A stretch of 64,000 bases of DNA, taken from Malacoraja senta (lineage: Eukaryota). The notes beneath the pieces are model-generated. The model saw nothing but the letters and a program-made list of their open reading frames with translations. It did no database searches and was not told the DNA's origin. Made by a program: the position numbers and the translations under genes. The DNA lies in NCBI GenBank assembly GCA_038087875.1, contig CM075977.1, positions 151,466,001-151,530,000 on the forward strand, written 5' to 3'. Below, piece by piece: positions 12,757-23,646 of this stretch; within the stretch, counting starts at the first letter, position 1, and each line of letters starts with the position of its first letter.

Positions 12757-13220
12757 CAGCTCCTGGTTCAGGGTTGCAATTTTCCTCCCACTCGGATGAA
12801 AGGAGTGGTGGAGATGGTGCCAAAGTATATGCACATATGCCTGAACCAGCTCCTGGTTCAGGGTTGCAATCTTCCTCCCACTCGGATGAACGGAGTGATG
12901 GAGATGGTGCCAAAGTATATGCGCACATGCCTGAGGCAGCTCCTGGTTCAGGGTTGCATAAGTCCACCCACTCGGATGAATGAAGTGATGGAGATGGTGC
13001 CAAATATTATGCTCCGTATTACGGAAGCATGCACAGGCAGTTCATCAAATGCCTATAGCTACCCCTGGTTTCAGGGTTGGAATATTCCTCCCACCCAAAA
13101 GACTATCAGAGATGGTGTCACAAAATATGCTCGGTGTTATGGAAGCATGCACAGACAGTCCGAGGCATACGCATATGGCAACGCCTGGTTCAGGGTGCAA
13201 ACATTTTTTCTCCCACTCTA
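12757..13220 (+). repeat. 90-bp tandem repeat inside the DIRS ORF1 region (3 near-perfect units plus 2 longer diverged units)
   Basis: CAGCTCCTGGTTCAGGGTTGCA at 12757, 12847 and 12937. In-frame 30-aa repeat APGSGLQxSSHSDERSxGDGAKVYAHMPE. Confidence 0.9.
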
Positions 13221-14986
13221 AGAGAGTGTCAGAGATCAGTATGGACTGACTCCAATCATGACCCCGAACATGACTATGTGCCGGGATCCCATGCTTTAAT
13301 GCATGATGTGCGACAATCGCATTGCCTCTAAAATTGCTGTTCCCTCATGGACGGACAAGCCACTACTAGAGAAGTTGACCAGCGGCATCAGCTATCTAAC
13401 AGGAATGACAAGCATGATAGACAGGGTCTGCAAATGGAACTTCGCTGAAGATGCAACAAAGAAAATCGACCCAGGGTTAGAGACGCTGGTAATTAAGGTC
13501 TCGTTATTAACCTCCGTAAACTCTGAAATGGAGCAGTCTGTTGGCCCAGGTTGGGTTTACTGCCAGCATGGGCTGTCTAGTCATTTTCACTGTTTCTGGG
13601 ATAGATCAGGTTGATGTAGAGACATTGGCAAGGTGCCTTGCATAGTAACCTCTGTAGTTCCAAGTAGGAACAGTTTGGATATCCTGGATCAGGGTAGACC
13701 ATCATGGAACTGGCTGGCCATAGGAGCCATAGTGACCAGGGAAGCACTGCTTCATCGTCTGTGATTGAGGTTATCAGACTGCTTAATAGAATAAGTAGTT
13801 GAAGTTTTTCTCAACATATGCTTTATTTCTCCTCAGTTAGTAGAGTTCCTGGTTCATTGGAATCATCATTGCCATCCTTTCTGGGACAGGTAGTTACCAG
13901 CAGGAAGCTCGTTTGGCATATAATAAAACTTTATCTGACCTGCAGGTTAATGTTGTTAATCAACAATGTATTTATAATAATCCATAGGCTCTCAATACCA
14001 GTATTCCTGATGGAGTGGCGGGTCGAAGAGATTGTGTTGTACACTCTGGCGACTTAGACATGTGGTTTCAGTCAAAGGACTGTGAGATAATTCCTGATTC
14101 AGCCTTGCATTATACTAATCTCCACTCTGAAGGAAAATGCTGAGTATTCATGGTGACTCTTAGCCAAGAGTTGACAGGGAACTCGTATTCCCACATCTAA
14201 GGGAGACTGTGGTTTCAGCTCTAGTCATTAGCTGCTTTATATAAATTATCAGCGATATGTATGAATAACTAGATAATGCATCTTCCGCGGGTAGGAAAGC
14301 CAAAAAAGTTTCCGTCCGTAGGATCAATAGAGGAACAGCGGTTCCGAGTGCAATCAGTGACAGCTCATCCGAGGATGAGTGGTCTGGCCAAGGACTAGAG
14401 GGGTATATTTCTGATACTTCTCAAGATTACAGAAATATGGTGCAGGCCGAATCGGGTTAGCATTAGTCTAATCGGATTATGGGTTTACTTACCCAGTTTA
14501 AGATGGCTGATTGGGTTTCTGCAATTTAACTGACTCAGAGAATCGACCTTGTAGTTGCATACTCTGTCATATCTACACACATAAGGCACAGATTCTGCTA
14601 TTTTGATAACAAAGCTAGTGGTGAAAGCCTATGCTGCCCTTCTCAGATTAAAGGGCATTATGTGATCAAGTTTAAGGTAATATGCAAAATTGCAGCTGAT
14701 AAAGCTTATGGGTTGTCGGTGGATATCTTTTGCGATATTACAAATGAGGCAACATGAAATTTAACAGTACCAATTTGCCTATTCAATCACGCCATGGTAG
14801 GCGACTGAAGCAACTCTTATTTACTCAGTCACGAGTGACGGCTGGGACAGCCTGTCGTTTCGGGCAGCTAGCTCTGCACGATTGTATGAGAAGCTTGTGA
14901 ACAACATATGTGACTCAATTTTAATGGCAGTAACAGAGGTTCGTATGGCTTCCAGTTTGAGCCTAAAGAAGCTTTTATGTGATAGT

Positions 14987-15640
14987 AAGTAAGTAAGTAA
15001 GTAAATTTATTTATTTTGCACTTTTCAATCGATTTCAATCAAAAGCCAAAGTGCTTTACAGAGAAAATTATCCGTATAAATAATAAAAAGAGGTAGAAAA
15101 AAAAATGACACAACACACTATAAGAGATTCAACACGAACACCCCCCCCACAGTAGAATCTACACTCTCCACTGTGAGGGAAGGCACTAAAATGTCCAGTC
15201 CTCCTCCTCCTCCTCCTCCTAATCCACCCGAGGTCGGGGCCAGTTTGAGGCCACCGCAGCCAGTCGCCGCAACGGCAGCCCGATGATTATAGGCCCCACC
15301 CACATTGGGTGGAATAGTCCTCAGCAGCTTGGAAGTGTCTGGAGCGGCCGCTCCTTCCCCGGAGATTGCGACGCCCATGGACTTCAGGCCGCGCCGGTTG
15401 GAGCTTCGACTCCGCGGTGTTTTTGATCCAGCGCTGCCCGCCCGCGGCGGGACGCCCTCAGACCGCAGACCGTGGCTGCTCGATGTTGGTGGTCGGCGGT
15501 CACAGCACTCCGGAGCGGCGACCCGGCAAGGCATTGCCCGCTCCTTGTTAGTGTTCCAGCGCTGTGCCGCCGAAGCTGTGGTCCCGGCAGGAAACGCCGC
15601 TCCAGACTGATGGAAGGCCGCATGGGGAGACCGGAGACAG
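14987..15640 (-). mobile_element. GC-rich non-autonomous retroposon with L2-type tail, nested in the DIRS element
   Basis: (TTAC)n tail; TGTAAAGCACTTTGG L2 tail motif shared with the L2 at 743-815; hairpin at 15144-15180. Confidence 0.65.
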
Positions 15641-16983
15641 CTTTTACTCAATCTCTGGCTTAGTCTCTACGTCATGCTGACATTAGGGTAGCTTGTTATA
15701 GAAATAATCTCATAAGCAAATGAGCAGGATTGCGTACATTTGAGATTGACAGCATACCCACCAGAGCAGAGATCAGGGATGTCATTAGGTATACAAGTGC
15801 ACTCAGATGCTAGTGCCTATGAAATGGAAGATAGTTCTTTTGTTATTCAAGATATTGCTGATGGCTTATTAGCAGCCAATAGAATGGATTTCCCTTTCAT
15901 CATACAGCATGAGATTTACATAGTGCAGGTTAATAAACTATAAAATTTGGTGGAATATGTCTGGATATTTGCAGATAATATTATGCACAGTGTTACATGA
16001 GTTATTGTCTAACTCAATAATCTATTGGGACTACAGTCCAGTTAAGAACAATGGCCATGTATGCAAGTTAGCATCATGATATTAATAACTCATGTTTTTT
16101 CCTACCATTAATGGTTTATCTGTTTAAGTGTTTCACACACAGATTGTGTCACTGCATGAAACCACAGATCTTTGAAATCTTCACGTAGTTACTCACGTGA
16201 CTTCGAAATAAAATAGAAAGATTAAACGAGAATTTACCATTTGAAATTTGATTATTTTATCAGAAGTTGAAGTGAGGGATTACGTGCCCTCCACGCCCAA
16301 CCCTATTCTCATAAAGATCATTCGGTAGTTCTAGCCCTTTAATCTTCCTATCGCTTAGGTCAACAACTATTCTGTGGTTTCATACAGCTACTTTGAAGAT
16401 TGACGCGCATGCGGGCTGGCGTGCTCTTCACGTAATCCCTCACTTCAACTTCTCATAAAATAAAGATCAAACTTCAAACGGTAAGTTCTCGTTTAATCTT
16501 TCTATTTCCCTTTGCAGAGGCATCAAAAATCAGGGATAATGATTTAGAGAGGAATAATTAGAGGGTAGATGAGGAAGTATTTTATTTTAACAAGCCGATA
16601 TTTGGGAGTCTAGAAGGCATTGCCTGAAAGGGTGGTGGATGCATAAATCCTTATCGCTAGAGCCAGGATTTTGCCATAAATGCTATGTGCCTTTTAATGC
16701 CTATTTTGATGATTTCACCAGGATAATGCCTTTTTCACGATCGAGTGCCTAATTCAGCCTTTTTTTGCCGTTTTGCTAAAAGGGCGTGCTATTTTCTCGA
16801 GTTGTACCGTGATTACAATGACGTTTTCTATGTTAATGCATTAATATGAATGTTATTAGTAACGTGTTAACATAGTATAACTTACAAGAAAACTTTCACT
16901 ACCAGGGCGAAACCCAGGGTGCCACCGTCGGCCGTTCATTCGTTCGTGCCGCTGCCTGCTGGTTCAGTTTTTTCCAACATCTA

Positions 16984-17270
16984 TTTAAGAAAGAAATGCA
17001 GATGCTGGAAAAATTGAAGGGAGACAAAAAAATGCTGGAGAAACTCAGCGGGTGAGGCAGCATCTATGGAGAGAAGCAATAGGCGACGTTTCGGGCAGAG
17101 ACCCTTCTTCAGACTGATGTGGGGGAGAGGCGGGAAAAAGAAAGGAAGAGTAGATCTGGAAGGAGAGCTGGGAATGGGGAGGAGGAGTAGGGAGAAGACA
17201 TGGGCTATCTAAAATTAGAGGTCAATGTTGATACCGCTGGGGTGTAGACGACCCAAGCGAAATACCCAAG
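16984..17270 (-). mobile_element. Penelope 3' fragment (GIY-YIG C-terminus plus pLTR) nested in the hAT
   Basis: FRLGRLHPSGINIDL and a pLTR with a hammerhead-like motif at 17084-17116. Confidence 0.85.
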
Positions 17271-17299
17271 CTTGTCTCCTCACTACATTTTCTGGCGGC

Positions 17300-18229
17300 T
17301 CCAGTCGCAAATTTGAGTTTTCAGGTGATTTGTGCATGGCATTCATTGATGCTGGAATTCCACTGTGGAAATTTGAAAACAATCTCTGAGGTTTTTTAGA
17401 GAAATACACAGAGCAACCTATACTGAGCGAGTCATCATTATGGAAAAAATATGTTGTGCAGAAAATTAGACATTGTTGTGCAGAAAATTAGAGATGAAGT
17501 TACATGCAACAAAATATGGATCCCAATAGGCGAGACAACCGATGTTGTGGGGAGATATGTTGTCAATGTGGTCATTGGTACACTGGAGGCAGGTCAACCA
17601 TCAAAGGAGTATTTGTTGACATCGGAAGTATTGGGGAAGTCAAACAGCTCAACTATTGCTCAGTTGTTTACATCTTCACTTGCTGTACTTTGGCCAGAAG
17701 GTATAAAACACGAGAATGTACTTCTGTTTGTGACTTAAAGTTTTATTCCCCAAAATGTTGCATTTGACATGCTTAGCTCAAGGACTTCATAGAATTGCCA
17801 AGCACAGACGTAGCTTGTTTCCAAATGTCGATCACCTAGTTTCCAATGTCAAGAAAATCTTCCTCAAAGTGCCGTCAGTGTGTAGTTGTTCAAGGAAATG
17901 GCACCTGAGATTCTGCTACGACCTCAGCCCGTTTTGACTAGATGGGGTACATGGCTCTCTGCTGTACTCTACTGTGCTGCAAATTTTGAAAAGGTAAAAG
18001 AAATCATCAACTGTTTTGAAGAAGAATCTGCTGCAGTCAGGATCGTCAGTGAAATCATGCAGAAAAAGTCACTCCACCGCGATCTTGTGTTTATTGCTTC
18101 CAATTTTGCAAACTTCCCACAAGCTATCACTTCTCTTGAAAAACGTGGCAAAACATTAGTGAATAACTTGCAGGTTTTCAACAAAGTAACTGTCAATATT
18201 CGTAAAGTTCTTGGCGATGTAGGTAAAGA
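17300..18229 (+). pseudogene. hAT transposase remnant
   Basis: ORFs 17451-17738, 17755-17937 and 17886-18248 are frameshifted pieces. The reading resumes after the LINE near 19605 and after the MITE at 20841. Confidence 0.8.
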
Positions 18230-19605
18230 CTGTGGGTGTATTTATTGATTTATGTAAAGCATTTGATACAATTGATCATTCCTTACTTTTTGCAGAAATT
18301 GGAACGTTATGGTATAAAAGGTGTCACAAAAAATTGGTTGGGAAGTTATTTAAGTAATAGGTTTCAGTATGTAAAAATTAATAATACTGAATCACAGCTT
18401 AGAAGAGTATCTGTGGTGTTCCACAAGGTTCGGTACTGGGTCCTAAGTTATTTATACTTTATTTAAATGATATTTGTAAAGTACCCAATACGTTGAAGTT
18501 TGTTATGTTTGCGGATGATACAAATGTATTTTGTTCAGGGAATGATATAAAAGAACTATTGAAAACAGCAGAAAGAGAATTGATAGTGCTAAAAAAATGG
18601 TTTGATATTAATAAATTATCCCTAAATGAAAATAAAACAAAATTTATGGTGTTTGGTGGTGACAGGGTTAATTGTGAAATAAAATTGAATTTAAATGGAG
18701 TTGAAATTGAAAGAATATATCAAACAAAATTCCTGGGAGTGATTATAGATCATAAACTTTGTTGGAAGCCACATATAGAATACACTAAACGGAAATTATC
18801 TAAATCCATTGCCATTCATTCCAAAACAAAGGATCTGTTGAATAAGAAGTGTTTGTATATATTGTATTGCTCGCTTATAATGCCATATATGTCATATTAT
18901 GTCGAAGTTTGGGGAAATGTATATAAAACAAATATAGACCCTAAAATTAAACTCCAGAAAAGAGCTATTAGAATAAAGCTTCTTACCGTGAAACTACAAA
19001 TCCATTATTCATAAAGTCCGGTACCTTAAAATCTTTGGATATTGTGCATGTAAAGACATTAGAAATACTTTTCCGAGTTAAGAATAAAAGCCTTCCTGTT
19101 AGTATTTAAAAAAAAAAAAAATTAAGAGGAGGACATTATAATTTAAGAGGGTTGTGTATTTTTGAAACATGTAAAGTGAGAACCAATGTAAAATATAGAT
19201 GTGTCTCAGTTTTGGGAGTCAAATTATGGAATGGGCTTAGTGATGAGTTGAAAATTTGTAGCTCTCTGTTGAGTTTCAAAAAAGCCTTAAAATGTAAAAT
19301 AATTAAGGATTATAATGTAAAATGATTAAAATGTAAAATAAGTAAGGATTACAATTTAGAGTAAATTTTATTTTTTTCTTTCCTTTGTAATGCTGATATT
19401 CTGGGTTATCTTATGGATTGTATCAGATAGGCAAAAATAAGCGTTGTGGCTTCAGCCTATTCCTTTTTCGGTCATTGATTATGTGAACGTTGTGTGAAAT
19501 GGATACAGTGTTGGTTCATATTCACACAGATTGTAAAGTTTTGTTCTTTTTAATGTATGACTGAAATAAACTATTCATTCATTCATTCATTCATTCATTC
19601 ATTCA
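18230..19605 (+). mobile_element. 5'-truncated AT-rich CR1/L2-group LINE (Crack/Daphne-like) nested in the hAT
   Basis: FIDLCKAFDTIDH, GVPQGSVLGP and FADDTN RT motifs; AATAAA followed by a (TTCA)n tail. Confidence 0.88.
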
Positions 19606-19795
19606 TACAAGGAAAATGTGAGAGTGATTTCAGCTAACAAAGATCTTGAAGAAATACAAAACATAACTAAAGTTCTCAAAGGTAGTTGTAATGCACAAGA
19701 TATCGATATGAATATAGATATCTGTAGCTTGTTTCGGGTATGCACGAGTGACCTCAGCTGGGGTAGAAAGAAGTTTTCACAACTGAAGCATATTC

Positions 19796-20840
19796 TAGGT
19801 ATGTTACAAAATTTACCTTCAGCGGCGCTGCAGTTCTGTCACTGCCCGTGTGCGCAACTTTGGCGCCTTTGAGCGGGGGGCGGGTTTAAAATGCAGTATT
19901 TCTCCAGCCTATTCAAATCGATTTTGAACAGGCTGTTTAGATGCTGAAGAAAAATCGCTTCGACATTGGTTTTATTAAATTTATTTTAAACTGCACTGGA
20001 TAATTTAATAGCAGGAGTAAATTAAAAAGCATCTTCTAAAGCCGTCAACGCCGACAACGGGGACGGATTTCACGTACGGGACAGGTAAAAAAAAGCCGTT
20101 TATTTTACATATAAACTTGCTTCTTAGGATGCCTTTAATCAACATTTTCCATTGCGAAAAGGTGATTATGTAAATATACGAACCGGCAGTGTTTTTCCTG
20201 CCGATATGGGGTTTAAATGCACCGCAACCGCAACGTTTCAAACGATCGCGTTCCACAAAATCCCACTCGCAAGATGATTAAAATGGCCATTCATTTACGG
20301 GAATTAAACACTAAATTCCTTCCATTTCGCCTATAAATTCATGACAATGAGATTTAAAAATCATGTTATATTGTGAATTCTTGTGTGAATGTTATTTGGA
20401 CACTTAGGCTATTTAAAAATGTTATATCTTTTCTTAAGAAATTGATAGATGTTTAGATCTAGTAATTGAATTTTGTAATTAGCTACAATTAGGTAACTAA
20501 CTAATTATATGCTTTAATTTCAGGTCATCCAAGTAAGATTGTTTCATATTTGTTTCAGAATGCTTCAATTTATAATAACTGAAAATTTCATTCAGTTCTC
20601 TTAATTTTTAAGAAAGTTATGGGCTTTTGACTGTCCTCGATCACAGCTTTTGAGTTAAGTCAATGGAAAAGCAATCGGGAACAAGATGCTAATTTCCGAG
20701 TATGAAAATGGCCATAACATTTTTAATACTGAAGATATGAAAGTGAATTAGGTGTCAAATTAAACTTCTTTTTATGCTTTATCTGAAGGGATAAATTGCA
20801 GACTTGATTTTTAAAATCTCAAAATTTTGTAACATTGCTA
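19796..20840 (+). mobile_element. Non-autonomous DNA transposon with TAG termini and 7-bp TSD (hATw-like), copy 1
   Basis: Imperfect TIR TAGGTATGTTACAAAATTT / AAATTTTGTAACATTGCTA; TSD CATATTC at 19789-19795 and 20841-20847. Confidence 0.9.
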
Positions 20841-22219
20841 CATATTCTGTCTGACAGACAGCATATTTTAACACCAGATTATTTGGAAAAATAATTATGT
20901 GCAACCAGGCAACTTTGGTCATTTAATGTAGTATACCTTAAAATATTATTATTTTTAACCATATTTTGGTAGTGGAAATAAATGCCTTTTATGCCTTTTT
21001 TGTAATTTTATTATGCCTTTTTGCCTGCCTATTTCAGATTTTTTTTAGTGCCTAAACATCCTGGCTCTACTTACATTTAAACAGCACAAGTATGTGTATT
21101 TGATGACCCAGGGCCTCCAGGGTCTGGCACTGCTTTAAAATGTGATCAGGTTGAGGTTAAATGGCACAAATATGAGACCCTGAATGATTTACATCTGTGC
21201 CATAAATTTCTTATGATTTGATTATTTATTAATCTGTGCAAAATTAAAGACATACATTTGAAGTAGTCTCATTACATATAGATATTGCCAGGAATGAATG
21301 ATATTTTGTTCTGCAGTGAATTGCATGTGAAAATAAAGTATTACATTTATTTGGCATCTTACTTATTCATTTCTAGACACCTCAAGGTCATTTATAGTCA
21401 ATTAAGTAATTGTAAAGTGGTGATGCCATAAAGACACTAGCCAATTTGCACATAGCGACGTTCCACAAACAATGATTGATACTGACCGGATAATTATTTT
21501 AGTGAGGCAGAAGACTGAAGAAAGGTCTCAATCCTTAATGTCACCTATTCCTTCTCACCAGAGATGCTGCCTGACCCGTTGAGTTACTCCAGCATTTTGT
21601 GCCTGTCTATTAGTGTCTATTTTAGTGAATTTGAATGAGTGACACATGTTGGGACCAGGACCATCTCCTCTGCTCCTCTTTGTTAAAATTGTCATGGATT
21701 ATTTTATGTCCACGTGAGACGGCTCAATTTCATATCTTACGCAAAAGACTGTAATGGAGTATGAGCCAACCATTTTGTGCTTAAGTTTCTGAAGTAAGTT
21801 TTAAACCCACAACACTTTGAATCAGTGTTGCCAACTGAGCTACAGCTGTGGTACTTAAACATCTGCTCAAGGTATTGTGTTTTATCATGTATAGAGATGA
21901 TCTTGGATGACCTGTCCTGGGCCCAGTTCATAGAATTAACTCCAAAGGTGCATGCCAGCACCTATACTTTCTAGAATTTGAAGAGGTTTATTTATATCTC
22001 TGAATGTTCTAACAAACATCTAGAGATATTCTGTAGAAGGTATCCTGACTGGTTGCATCATGACCTACTTTGATAATTACAAAGACAATTCTTACATTAA
22101 TGTAAGAATCTGAAGGTGCACAGTCCCACCTTCCATCCATAGCTTCGACGTGAAGTGCTGCCTCTAAAGGCAGTATCTGTCATCAAGGATCCCCACACCT
22201 AGGTCTTGCCCTGGTACAC

Positions 22220-22830
22220 TTGCCTTCATTTGCCAGGGCATTGAGTATAAGAGTCAGGAAGACATGTTGCAGCTTTATAGTATATTGGTTAGGACGCATT
22301 TGGAGAATTGCATGCAGTTCTGGTCGCCCCACTACTGGAAGGATGTAGAAGGTGTAAAAGGATGCAGAGGAGGTTTAGTTTAGTTTTTAGGTTTAGCAGA
22401 ATGATGTCTGGATTAGGAGCCTGTTAGCTACAGGGAAAGGTAGGATAGGCTTGGACTGTTTTCTCTGGAATGCTGGAGGTTGTGGAAAGACCTGATAAAA
22501 GTATGTAAAATTAAGAAACAGAGATAGGGAAGACAGTCATAATCTTTTTCCAAGGATAGAAATATCAAATATGAGAGGGCATAACTTTAACACAAGAGGG
22601 GTAGGTTTAAAGGAGATTTGCAGGGTATTTTTTTAATACAAAGAGAGGTGAGTGCCTGGAATGCATTGCTGGGGTGGTGGAGGTGCCAGATATGATAGTG
22701 GCATTTAAGAGAGTTTTGAATTGGCAATGGAAATGTAGGGAATGGAGGTATATGAATCATATTCAGGCAGATAAGAGTTGGTCATTGCATCAAGTTTAGC
22801 ACAGACATTGTGGGCGAAGAGCCTGTTCCT
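22220..22830 (+). mobile_element. Degenerate CR1 LINE 3' part
   Basis: Remnants GIEYKSQE.MLQLYSILVRTHLENCMQFWSPH and a CR1 3' UTR. Confidence 0.75.
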
Positions 22831-23646
22831 GTGTTCCAGGTTCTTCCTGCTTCCTGCTGCAGAACCTTGAAGTTGCACATTATCAAGTTCAACAACAGCT
22901 AATTTCCTATAACTATCATGTACTTGAACCAACCTGCACAACCCTAATCCTACCTTGCAATGGTACAGTTCATCTCGGACTTTTTTTTCCTATTTATGTT
23001 CTTTTGCACCAATGTCTTGTTTTTCCACAGCCTTTGTTTAAGAAATTGTGTATTAAATTTTAGCATAATTTATGTTTCACAGAGAAGGTGGTTAAGATTA
23101 AGAATGACAATGATCAAGGACTGATGGCAAGTTCGATTGAAATACTAGGAATCAATAGCAGTTCCTTACTATGTCTGGAGATGAGCAGCCATATTTCTTG
23201 CAAGTTCTTGCTCTTCTAATTGTTGTGCTCAATGCACAGTTCTGAGTATTTTGTTAGAACTAGAAACTACATTTGTCTTTATATCATAAATAATCTTGCC
23301 GATCAAAGGAAGCTGGAATTCATCTGAAAACCTTTTTTTTTATCATTTCGATATTAATCATAAATATTATAAAAAGCAAGATACCCAATAGTGAGCCCTG
23401 TAGAATCTCTTGTAACAGTTTACCAGGCACAAACACATCCAACTATAGCCCATTACCTCATGCACTTAATTTGAGTTAGTAAGTTGGCAGGATTTATGTT
23501 TTTTTTAATGGACTGCATTCATGGACTGCATTCATTGCACTGCTTCTAATAGCCCTCTTTATTATCTCATTAAAACATTAAATCTAGTTCAAAAGGTATA
23601 ATATCCCCATAACAAATCTACATTGACTATCCCTGATTTATCTGTG

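Larger units (their letters stand above)
11335..16507 (+). mobile_element. DIRS1-like tyrosine-recombinase retrotransposon with degenerate coding region
   Basis: Left ITR (11335-11401) is partly inverted at 16399-16434. The internal complementary region at 16178-16286 is complementary to both the left end and the right extension (16431-16507). Only faint gag/RT remnants remain. Confidence 0.88.
16658..21069 (+). mobile_element. hAT-superfamily DNA transposon (CGGBP1/DUF659-like transposase) carrying three nested insertions
   Basis: 12-bp TIR TAGAGCCAGGAT / ATCCTGGCTCTA and ATGCC subterminal repeats. Transposase remnants ETTDVVGRYVVNVVIG, MLHLTCLAQGLHR, PQPVLTRWGTWL and FSQLKHILSDR. TSD only partial (CTTA). 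Confidence 0.85.

Noticed and set aside
22088-22109. Perfect 22-bp palindrome ATTCTTACATTAATGTAAGAAT (a similar AT-rich one lies near 4181-4208)
   Set aside because: Short, AT-rich and within or beside decayed repeats; nothing supports a function.
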